From an uncultured Chroococcidiopsis sp. (GTDB lineage Bacteria > Cyanobacteriota > Cyanobacteriia > Cyanobacteriales > Chroococcidiopsidaceae), in the NCBI GenBank assembly GCA_964248365.1, contig CAXTYC010000001.1, positions 96,001-160,000 on the forward strand: a DNA stretch of 64,000 bases. The letters run 5' to 3'. The notes beneath the pieces were generated by a model. The model searched no databases. It had not been told where the DNA came from and saw nothing but the letters and a program-made list of their open reading frames with translations. This document shows, piece by piece, positions 29,756 through 38,653 of this stretch. A program made the translations under genes and the position numbers. The first letter of the stretch is position 1. Each line of letters opens with the position of its first letter.

Positions 29756-30229
29756 TTAGTAGCCTAGTGGGAGCGAGGTTGATTGGGTATTTTGGGCAGA
29801 GGTGGCTGTAGCCAGATGAATTGATTTGTTAGCGCCCATAGGATGTCTAGTTACTGGCTGTAAGACAATGGCATCTGCCGGATTGGGCAGAACGAGTCCC
29901 ATATCTGGATGCCCAGCTTGCTGTGCTAGGTCGTCTTTGATTACTTCATTAGTTCTCATTAGCTGCCGTTCGTAGAGTTGCAAGTTTTCTAGCTTACTGT
30001 AAGCCTGACTCCACTTTTGTTGAGAATATACTGTCCAACCATACACCGTCAGCATTGCTATCACTAATAGCCAACTGACCGCACAAAAGCGTTGTTGCAA
30101 GTGAGATATACGTATCAGCCATAAAGGTAATGAGCGCGATCTTTGTGGAAACTGAACAGTTTGATTTTTCGCTTTCGGTGTAGTTTGTCGCTTGTGAGAA
30201 GAAGTCGGGGGTTTAGAAGCAACAGCCAT
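29756..30229 (-). CDS. FtsL-like cell division protein
   Basis: Single TM, then YGWTVYSQQKW and a coiled coil; directly upstream of ftsI. Confidence 0.7.
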   Translation of the reverse strand: MAVASKPPTSSHKRQTTPKAKNQTVQFPQRSRSLPLWLIRISHLQQRFCAVSWLLVIAMLTVYGWTVYSQQKWSQAYSKLENLQLYERQLMRTNEVIKDDLAQQAGHPDMGLVLPNPADAIVLQPVTRHPMGANKSIHLATATSAQNTQSTSLPLGY

Positions 30230-30918
30230 AATTAGTCACTCATAAATTGAGCAGGAGTTACCAGCCATTAGTTTATTACTTTTGGCATAATTGCGGGGCT
30301 AAAATTTGCTCCCCAGCCGATCGCCAGATTCAGTTATCAGTTTCCAGTTTCCAGTTATCAGTTACCCCCACTCAAAACTTCCACCTGAAGGTAAATAGAT
30401 AGTATAGTAGCTCAATACCTGTAAGCAATGACTCTTTACCCCCACTCTTGAGTAACACAAAAAGGTAAATATTCGGAAGTAAAAACAATAATTTTTGAAA
30501 CACAACAGCAGGTAACTGTGCGCCTGGAGACTGATAACTGGGAAAGACGTAGCACAAGCTCGTCTCTACTCGAAACTGGTAACTGATAACTGTTCACTAA
30601 TGGGGGTGGGGGTCACTCGACCTTGAGGATTTATTAAATTTATGTCTTTGGGAGGAAGATATTTCTACGTTATAGCGTATTTAATGACTCTAAACTTAGG
30701 GGAGACTGAGCGTTGTACTTGAGGTATAAGCTTTCGTGTAAAGCTATTCATCCCAAGTTAATCAAACTAAAAAATCGTCAAAACCCCCGCTCCAGGCTGT
30801 ATAGAAGCCGTAAAATCTAGCCGCATTAATTAAACTGATGTAAAAAAAGTCAACAAATGCGGTATCGTGATCAACGAGCGGCTCGTTCATTATTACCGCA
30901 TTTGGTGAAAGAGGAGTT

Positions 30919-31104
30919 ATGAACAAAAAAGTAGTTAGTTTAGCTCTAGCACTATTATTAGGTGGCGTTTTAGCAGCTTGCGAAGGAGGCGGTGGAGGTG
31001 GTACTGGTGGCGGCGGTGCAGGTAGCGGTGCAGGTGGTGGTGCAGGTGGTACTAGCCCTTCTCCAGCCGAATCCCCATCTCCAGCTACCTCACCTTCACC
31101 CTAG
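30919..31104 (+). CDS. Small Gly/Ser/Pro-rich lipoprotein
   Basis: GAGGAG RBS, signal peptide with lipobox LAAC, low-complexity mature region. Confidence 0.75.
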   Translation: MNKKVVSLALALLLGGVLAACEGGGGGGTGGGGAGSGAGGGAGGTSPSPAESPSPATSPSP

Positions 31105-31791
31105 TAGTTAAGCAAACGCTCGCTCCTCACAATCTTGCACCTGATCTCTCCTGCACCTCGCCAACCCCTAGCTATACTAGTTGAAATGGGCAAGTTTTAT
31201 CAGCCTTTCGCTACTATTGCATCAGGCATCACGGCAGGAGAGGTTTTTCTCAATTAGGGTAGCAAGATCGCACCCTAGTCGCTAATCTTCCTAATCTTCT
31301 CCATCCCTCCCATTTTCCTAATTCTCGCTCGCTGAGGGAAAATAATCGCCCCTCTTCTAGCCCATGTAAGGTATAAATCAAAATTATTCTTCCAGGGAGC
31401 GCCTTCAAATGGTTGTACTCCCGCTAGATATTTATCTTAACTAGGTGAAAAAATCTTCTTGAATTCATTTAAGACAAAGTTGATAACTTGCCTTGAATTT
31501 CTAGAATTGACTTGCCAAATTCCTATAGTTTAGCGTTGATAGACATCATGTTTTCTCCTTTGGTTGAGAAAGATGATTTAAGAAGTAGCAAATGAGCCTT
31601 GTAAAAGCCAGATTAAGTGCTCCTCCGACAGGAATGTTAACTATTTGCATGATCCCAATTTAATCGGTTATAGGTAGGGGAGGGTTTAACAAAAAACTCG
31701 CCTTGACAACAAATATTTTTCCTCCTAAGCGCCCCTGCAATATATTCGTGCAAGAGGTCTATTTTAACACCATCGGATTGCAAAAAAATTC

Positions 31792-32667
31792 ATGAAAGTT
31801 CGCAAGGCTGTGATTCCAGCGGCTGGTTTTGGTACTCGTTTGTTTCCAGCTACCAAAGCTATCAAAAAAGAATTTTTCCCGATTATTGACAATGATGGTA
31901 GGGCTAAGCCTGTAATTTTGGCAATTGTGGAAGAAGCGATTAGTGGGGGTATAGAAGAAATTGGGATTGTGGTGCAAAGGAGCGATCGCGCCCTATTTCA
32001 AGATTTCTTTAATTCTCCACCTATACCAGAACTTTTCCACAAATTATCACCACAAAACCAAGAATATAGCAAGTATCTCCAAGCTTTAGGCAACAAAATT
32101 ACAATTCTGACTCAGGATGAACAGGAAGGGTATGGTCATGCTGTATTCTGTACTAAAGAATGGGTAAAAAATGAGCCTTTTCTACTAATGCTGGGAGATC
32201 ACGTTTACTCATCTGACACTGCTCATTCTTGTGCCACTCAAGTTTTAGATATTTACAAACAAGTTAATCAAAGTGTTGTTAGCTTAACTACAATGCCAGC
32301 CGAAATTATTCAGAAAGCAGGCTGTGTTACAGGTAATTGGCAACAGCAATCGATTCTTTCGGTAACGCAACTTGAAGAAAAGCCTACTATTGACTATGCA
32401 CGTCAGCATCTGCGTGTAGAGGGAATGGCAGACGATCAATTTTTATGTATATTTGGTTTATATGTCCTCACGCCGAAAATTTTTGACTTTTTGGAAGAAA
32501 ATATCAGAAATAACATTCGAGAAAGAGGCGAATTTCAATTAACATCCGCTCTCGATAAATTGTGCCAAGCAGAGGGAATGACAGGATATATTGTGAAAGG
32601 AAAGTGTTTTGATATAGGAATGCCCGATGTTTATCGGCAGACGATGATTGATTTTAGGAATCCATAG
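31792..32667 (+). CDS. Sugar-phosphate nucleotidyltransferase (GalU-like)
   Basis: KAVIPAAGFGTRLFPATK, QEGYGHAV, LGDH, EKP, GEFQLT, FDIG. Confidence 0.88.
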   Translation: MKVRKAVIPAAGFGTRLFPATKAIKKEFFPIIDNDGRAKPVILAIVEEAISGGIEEIGIVVQRSDRALFQDFFNSPPIPELFHKLSPQNQEYSKYLQALGNKITILTQDEQEGYGHAVFCTKEWVKNEPFLLMLGDHVYSSDTAHSCATQVLDIYKQVNQSVVSLTTMPAEIIQKAGCVTGNWQQQSILSVTQLEEKPTIDYARQHLRVEGMADDQFLCIFGLYVLTPKIFDFLEENIRNNIRERGEFQLTSALDKLCQAEGMTGYIVKGKCFDIGMPDVYRQTMIDFRNP

Positions 32668-32679
32668 TATGCGATCGCT

Positions 32680-33137
32680 TTAAGGCATATTAATGATTTT
32701 CTCCCACCACAGAAGTGGTGGCGACATTTTATATGACTTTAATAAATATAGAAGCTCTACACTAGGGCGTGAAGTAAAGTAAAAGCCTTTTTCTTCCCAC
32801 GAAGGAGTTTTAGTATACCCATTTCATCAGCAACCTGAACAGCTTCGTGATAAGTTAAACCATAAGTAACTGTTTTACTTGGGTCGTTGAGATACCAAAC
32901 ATAAGCAATAATCAAATTTGGAAATTTTGCATATTTTTTGTGAATACCAAACGATTTATCTGAGGCTGCTTTCATTTGAATGGGACGAGCAATAAATGAA
33001 TTCACGTGCGTATCTAAGTCAGCAAAAGCAATTAAATCAATACCCCTATCACGCAGAGGTAATGCTACTTCCAAATTGGCTTGCAGCAATTCGTTAACAA
33101 GCCAATTTCTACCTCTTAGTTCAACTATCTATGACAT
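32680..33137 (-). pseudogene. Disrupted PD-(D/E)XK-like protein gene
   Basis: ATG-TCA-TAG at the 5' end, a DRGIDLIAF...PIQMK core, and an apparent frameshift near 32818 after which YTKTPSWEEKGFYFTSRPS...WWEKI continues to a stop at 32680. Confidence 0.65.
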
Positions 33138-33171
33138 AAGCAATTGTAGGGTGGACATTGCCCACCTTACT

Positions 33172-34713
33172 TTAATGCAAAAAGTGACGTACACCCGTAA
33201 ACGCCATCACTAACCCCAATTCATTCGCCGCCGCAATCGAATCTTTATCCCTTAAACTTCCGCCAGGTTGCACAATAGCTGTAATTCCCGCTGCTGCTGC
33301 TGTCTTTACAGAGTCATCGAAGGGGAAAAAACCATCACTAGCAAGAAATCCACCTTTGGCTTTCTCCCCAGCTTGTTCTAAAGCTATTTTGACCGATCCT
33401 ACGCGGTTCATTTGTCCTGCACCCACGCCGACAGTAGTGCGATCGCTTGTGACTACAATTGCATTAGACTTAACGTGCTTGCAGACTTTCCATGCAAACA
33501 ACAATTCTGCCAATTCCGAAGCATTAGGTTGACGTTGGGTAACAACTTGCCATTGATGAGTGTCAGCTACTATATCATCAGCTGCTTGTACGAGGAAACC
33601 CCCAGCAATTACCTTTATTGTTTCCTTTGCACCAGTTCGCAAATCTGGTAAGATCAAAACGCGCACCTTCGACTTAGCCGCCAAAATTTCTTGTGCTTGT
33701 GCATCACACCCTGGCGCTACCACACATTCTAAAAATGTCTGTGTTAAAGCCGTTGCTGTGGGTGCGTCTATAGGACGGTTTAGGGCAACAATACCACCAA
33801 AAGCTGACACCGAATCAGCATTGAAAGCCTTTTCGTAAGCTTGTGATATAGTGTCTCCCAATGCTGTACCACAGGGATTTGTATGCTTGATAATTGTTGC
33901 AGCTGGAGTATCTGTAAATTCAGCTATTATCCGCCGTGCTGCTTCCAAATCAACTAAATTATTATAACTGAGTTCTTTACCCTGGAGTTTAGTAGCAGCC
34001 GCCCAACCAGTTGGGGTACTTCCAGTTTGATACCAAGCTGCACTTTGATGCGGGTTTTCACCATAACGCAGAGATTGCAACTGTTCCCCAGAAAGCGTGA
34101 ACTGTTGGGGTAAAGCAGATTCTTTCTCCCTAGCCCCTAAATAAGTAGCGATCGCCCCATCATACTCAGATGTATGCAAAAATGCGATCGTCGCACACTC
34201 TTGACGAAACTCTAACGACACTTCCCCCTGATGTTGTCGCAACTGGTGCAAGTAATCTGCATACATAGAGGGTTGACATAAAACCGTCAGATGAGCGAAA
34301 TTCTTAGCAGATGCCCGTAGCATTGCTGGACCACCGATATCGATTTGCTCAATAGCCTCTGCTAATGTGACTGAGTCTTTAGCAATCGTTTCCTCGAACG
34401 GGTAAAGATTCACCACCACTAAATCAATCGGGCGGATGTTGTTAGCTTCCAAATCTGCTAAATCTTGCGGTACATCTCGCCGTGCTAGAATTCCGCCATG
34501 AATGCGAGGATGCAGTGTTTTAACTCTACCACCTAAGATTTCAGGAGAACCAGTATAATCAGCAACCTTAGTAACTGGTAAACCAGCCTCTTTGAGAGCT
34601 TTGGCTGTGCCACCACTGCTGATGATATCAAACCCAAATTCTTCTACAAGACTACGGGCAAAATCAATTAGTCCTGTTTTATCGGATACACTCAGCAGTG
34701 CCAAACGTGCCAT
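33172..34713 (-). CDS. purH: Bifunctional AICAR transformylase / IMP cyclohydrolase
   Basis: ALLSVSDKTG, GRVKTLHP, IDIGGP, LRYGENPHQ, FTGVRHFLH. Confidence 0.98.
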   Translation of the reverse strand: MARLALLSVSDKTGLIDFARSLVEEFGFDIISSGGTAKALKEAGLPVTKVADYTGSPEILGGRVKTLHPRIHGGILARRDVPQDLADLEANNIRPIDLVVVNLYPFEETIAKDSVTLAEAIEQIDIGGPAMLRASAKNFAHLTVLCQPSMYADYLHQLRQHQGEVSLEFRQECATIAFLHTSEYDGAIATYLGAREKESALPQQFTLSGEQLQSLRYGENPHQSAAWYQTGSTPTGWAAATKLQGKELSYNNLVDLEAARRIIAEFTDTPAATIIKHTNPCGTALGDTISQAYEKAFNADSVSAFGGIVALNRPIDAPTATALTQTFLECVVAPGCDAQAQEILAAKSKVRVLILPDLRTGAKETIKVIAGGFLVQAADDIVADTHQWQVVTQRQPNASELAELLFAWKVCKHVKSNAIVVTSDRTTVGVGAGQMNRVGSVKIALEQAGEKAKGGFLASDGFFPFDDSVKTAAAAGITAIVQPGGSLRDKDSIAAANELGLVMAFTGVRHFLH

Positions 34714-35200
34714 AGTTCCCAGTCCCCTGTTGTCTATAAAATTATTCAGGACAGAACCTTATTTTATAAACTACCTCGCGGTGTGCTGCAACCGCGTGAA
34801 AGAAAGAATTAGCGCGCATTATTACTCGACAAGCTTCATTAGCTAACACAGATTAGTACAATCTCCACATCTTACATCTCCAAATTGTTGAAACTTCTGT
34901 GTGCCTTGCCTCTTGCCCTGGGCAAGCATCTTGCCTGCCAATGTATAGCAATCCGCGCATCATTGGTGAACAGTATGCCACCCATGCCCACCATGAGCAG
35001 ATTTGGTGGGCAATGCCCACCCTACTATGAATTTCACTGTGATACCAATCCTGTGTCAAATAAATTGACAAAGGTGAGCATTTGCTTGAAATGGGCAACC
35101 ACTTGAATAGTTTCAAAAGATCGCAAAATTTGCTATTCCTATTGGCACACAATTGATTTAACAATACTCTCGACTGCAAATACAAATTCAGGAGAAGTAA

Positions 35201-36400
35201 ATGGCGATTGACGTTAGCCTCACCCAAGAACAAACACAGTTACAGCAAACAGCGCGTGACTTTGCGCTAGGCGAGATTCAGCCCCTTGTCAAGAAACTCG
35301 ACGAGTCTGATAGTCCCGATCTCTTTCCTTGGGAATTGTGTAAAGATGTGTTTTATCAGGGAGCAAAACTCGGATTTACGTCGTTGTTGCTACCACAAGA
35401 TCTGGGTGGTGGGGGTAAAAAATGTATAGACTTTGCCATAGTTCAGGAAGAACTTGGTGCTGTCGATGTTAGTATCGCCTGTAACTACTTCAGTCTGCCT
35501 ACCGTTATGCCGCTTCTGATTGCTAGGGCTGGAAGTAGCGAACAGCGCGCGAGGCTTTTATCGGATGTCAATTTTGGGAAACCACTTCTGTTTAGTGCTG
35601 CTGAGAGTGAGCCGAACGTAGCTTCCTCAGATTTGTTCTGTCCAAAGCCTGATTCTCAAATCGGGATGAAGACTCTTGCAGTGCGCGATGGTGATACATA
35701 CATCCTCAATGGTAAAAAGTCGGCATTGGTGACAAATGCTGGGATTGCAGATGCCTACTTTGTTATCGCACGTACATCTTTAGAGCAGCCGATGCAAGAT
35801 AGTATGTCAATTTTCTATATTGAAGCAGATACACCTGGTTTAACATTTGGCAAGCGAACCGAGATGATTGGCTGGAAAGCCTCTCATAATGCCGCAATTC
35901 ATCTTGACAACGTGCGAGTGAGAGCGGACAATCTGATCGGGCAAGAGGGGCAAGCAGCAGCTTTGTTAATGTTATTGCCTGAAGTAGCGATTGGACTTGC
36001 AGCATCTTACGTAGGTTTGGCTCGCGCGGCATACGAGTATGCCTTGAGCTATGCTAAAGTGCGCTTCAGCTGGGGTCGTCCCTTAATTGAACATCAAGCC
36101 GTTGCGTTAAAGCTAGCTGACATGATGGTGAATACGCAAGCAGCACGATTGATGGTGTGGGATGCAGCCTGTGCCGCCGACAGTTCTCCTCAACTTGCTG
36201 CGACAATTAAAGCACCAGCAGCTAAAACCTTTGCCGTTGATGTAGCAATCAAGAACGCGCAAACAGCAGTCGAGATTCTTGGTGGTATTGGAGTTACCAA
36301 GGAGTGCGAAGCAGGTAAGTTTCTTGCCGACGCTTGGATCGGATATTCGTGCGACTTTACACGAGATATCTTGCGGCTTGGTCTTGTCAATTTTATGTAG
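35201..36400 (+). CDS. Acyl-CoA dehydrogenase family protein
   Basis: ESEPNVASSD, YILNGKK, R..WGRPLIEHQAV, AVEILGGIG. Confidence 0.9.
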   Translation: MAIDVSLTQEQTQLQQTARDFALGEIQPLVKKLDESDSPDLFPWELCKDVFYQGAKLGFTSLLLPQDLGGGGKKCIDFAIVQEELGAVDVSIACNYFSLPTVMPLLIARAGSSEQRARLLSDVNFGKPLLFSAAESEPNVASSDLFCPKPDSQIGMKTLAVRDGDTYILNGKKSALVTNAGIADAYFVIARTSLEQPMQDSMSIFYIEADTPGLTFGKRTEMIGWKASHNAAIHLDNVRVRADNLIGQEGQAAALLMLLPEVAIGLAASYVGLARAAYEYALSYAKVRFSWGRPLIEHQAVALKLADMMVNTQAARLMVWDAACAADSSPQLAATIKAPAAKTFAVDVAIKNAQTAVEILGGIGVTKECEAGKFLADAWIGYSCDFTRDILRLGLVNFM

Positions 36401-37187
36401 CTTTGCGGTTGGGTTGTTTGTTGAATGCTTTACCGCAAAAAAATTGTTTAGCAAAACAAAGCAAGGCTATGGGTGTATCGCTCATCTATTAATCTAATTA
36501 TCCCCGCGATCGCCTTGCCAAACAACTACCCCAGTTTCATATCTTGTCAGGGTTGCCTTAATCTCGTATCTCTAACTATGAGTAGCCCAATGCAGTACGA
36601 ACACTATTTCACCAGACGGCGTTCAATAGTATTGGATAATAACTTTGAGAGTATGTACAAAAATTTCTGTATATAGCAATCCTAAAACATTCGTGAACAC
36701 CGCCCATGCCCACCAAATCTTATCATGGTGGGCATGGGTGGCATACTAGAAATTTCACTGCTATAAATAATCATTTTCATACTTTTTTCACAATATACTT
36801 GCCTATTTTTACGTGTTCTTCATCCAAAATATCATTTCACTAGTTAAGCTATGGATATATACGGACAATAACTATATTTAGCTATATCACTCAACAAATG
36901 AAACGCTTCTAAAGTAACTTTTAGAGGCGTTTCATCATAAAATAACTTCAACTAAATAATAAGAAGATAACCTGAGTAAATACGTAGATAAGTTAAAACA
37001 ATTAGCGGGGCTAAATATATAGGAAATACGTGAGTATTTGCTAACTCTTCATGCAGTTTTTCATGCTCTCTAAACCTTATATGCAATTACAAAAGCCAAT
37101 ATAAAAGAATTACTCTACTCCTTGCAGCACTACGGGTGCTTCCTAGAGTAGCAGTAAGGATAAACTCTGCTCGAAGGTTACTAGAAC

Positions 37188-38231
37188 GTGGATTTCATCA
37201 ATCAAGCTAAAAAGTTAGCAGATACAGTTAGAGACATTCAACAAGCGGCAACTAATGCAGGTAATAGTATTGATGAGGCAATAAATGGAGTGAAAAATAC
37301 TGCTGCTGAAATTACTGCTTCAGGCGTAGCTAAGGTTAATGAACTCAATAAGCTATCAACTACGGCGACACAGCAAGGTTTTGAAGCTATTCAAAATGCT
37401 AGTAAAGCCTTCGATGATGTAAAAGCCACTGCTGCTGGATTTGCTACTTCTGGGATGATCATTGGCGATGTGCTGAAAGATCTACCAAAAACAGCAGAGC
37501 AGTTAGCGAAAGAGATGCCAAAGATTGCCTACAGACTCAAACATGGCGCTGGGATTCGAGTAGGAGACCCACCTCGCTCCAATGCAGATATCATGAAGCT
37601 ATTCGAGAAAATTCCAGGCACATCGAAGCTGGGAGCTAGTGAGACAAACATCCGCCAGTTCTTGGCAGACAAGCATGGTAGCCACGTTATTCCTCGCTCC
37701 CAGGGAGGAACTAATGCCGCTAACAACATTCTTTGGGAGGTAGGCACTGATAACTTGCGTCGCGGGGCTAAAGCCATAACTGATGGAGAACAAGTTTACA
37801 TCCGAGTTTATAACGCCGTTGATTCTATCGTGAAGAACTCTACCACGATTGCCCAGCTTGGGGTGGTAGCTACTGGTACAGCCATCCTCACGCAAGCAGT
37901 TGTAATGGCAATTTCGTACTCTCTCGATCTCTACCGAGGAGACATTACGGTAGAGAAATATAGAGACTTAATTCTTGAAGAAGTAGTGAAAACGGGGATC
38001 GCGTCTCCCATCTTCTTTCTTATCTTTATAGCCGTCTTAGCGCTGTTTCCAGAGCTAACTATCATACTATCTGCTCCAGCAGTTATTGCAGGTTTTAATG
38101 CTTTATTTGGTATTAGCATCGCTCTACCAATTGTTCAATCAGTTATTCGCCACATTCAAGCTGGAGGCTTTGGTGAAGAAGTTGCTGAGGATTATGAAAA
38201 TTTAATCAGCGGTACACGAGATTTGCTATAA
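37188..38231 (+). CDS. Hypothetical protein: helical N-terminus, HNH-like motif, C-terminal TM helices
   Basis: SHVIPRSQGGTNAANNILWE...NLRRG, followed by a hydrophobic C-terminal third. Confidence 0.7.
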   Translation: MDFINQAKKLADTVRDIQQAATNAGNSIDEAINGVKNTAAEITASGVAKVNELNKLSTTATQQGFEAIQNASKAFDDVKATAAGFATSGMIIGDVLKDLPKTAEQLAKEMPKIAYRLKHGAGIRVGDPPRSNADIMKLFEKIPGTSKLGASETNIRQFLADKHGSHVIPRSQGGTNAANNILWEVGTDNLRRGAKAITDGEQVYIRVYNAVDSIVKNSTTIAQLGVVATGTAILTQAVVMAISYSLDLYRGDITVEKYRDLILEEVVKTGIASPIFFLIFIAVLALFPELTIILSAPAVIAGFNALFGISIALPIVQSVIRHIQAGGFGEEVAEDYENLISGTRDLL

Positions 38232-38261
38232 AATTCTCTGAATCAAATCGTCGGCTTTACT

Positions 38262-38423
38262 GAAATTTGTACTAGCCAAAACCCACCTTGAAATTAATTT
38301 CAAGGCTAATAGTGTAAGTCTACTAAAGTAGACTCAAAGCCGATTGCAGTCGGATTTATCCGAAGAAAGCTATTAACCTGTGAATTGATTCACAGGCTGT
38401 TGTTGTAATAGGTGCAAGATCTC
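38262..38423. mobile_element. Multi-hairpin MITE-like / dispersed repeat
   Basis: Hairpins CCTTGAAATTAATTTCAAGG, AGTCTACTAAAGTAGACT, TCGGATTTATCCGA and CCTGTGAATTGATTCACAGG. Right end GGTGCAAGAT; left end degenerate. Confidence 0.55.
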
Positions 38424-38653
38424 AAAATAGGATGAATGTACCACTGCCAAAAACGCAGCCCTCGATGAGGCGCACTACACGACTACTCAGGCTACAATCG
38501 ATGCTCTGGATTATATAGATGGGATATTAGCGGGTTTGGGCAGGATGCACAGGCTTATATTATACCATATATCACTAGTTTTTGCAAAATCTCCCCTTCG
38601 CCGAAGCATCGCCAGTTTTGGCAACACAACCCAAACCCATGCTGTACCTCGCC

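Noticed and set aside
34853..35233. ORFs 34853-35233 (-) and 34885-35106 (+)
   Set aside because: They run through REP-like palindromes and the acyl-CoA dehydrogenase upstream region; probably spurious.
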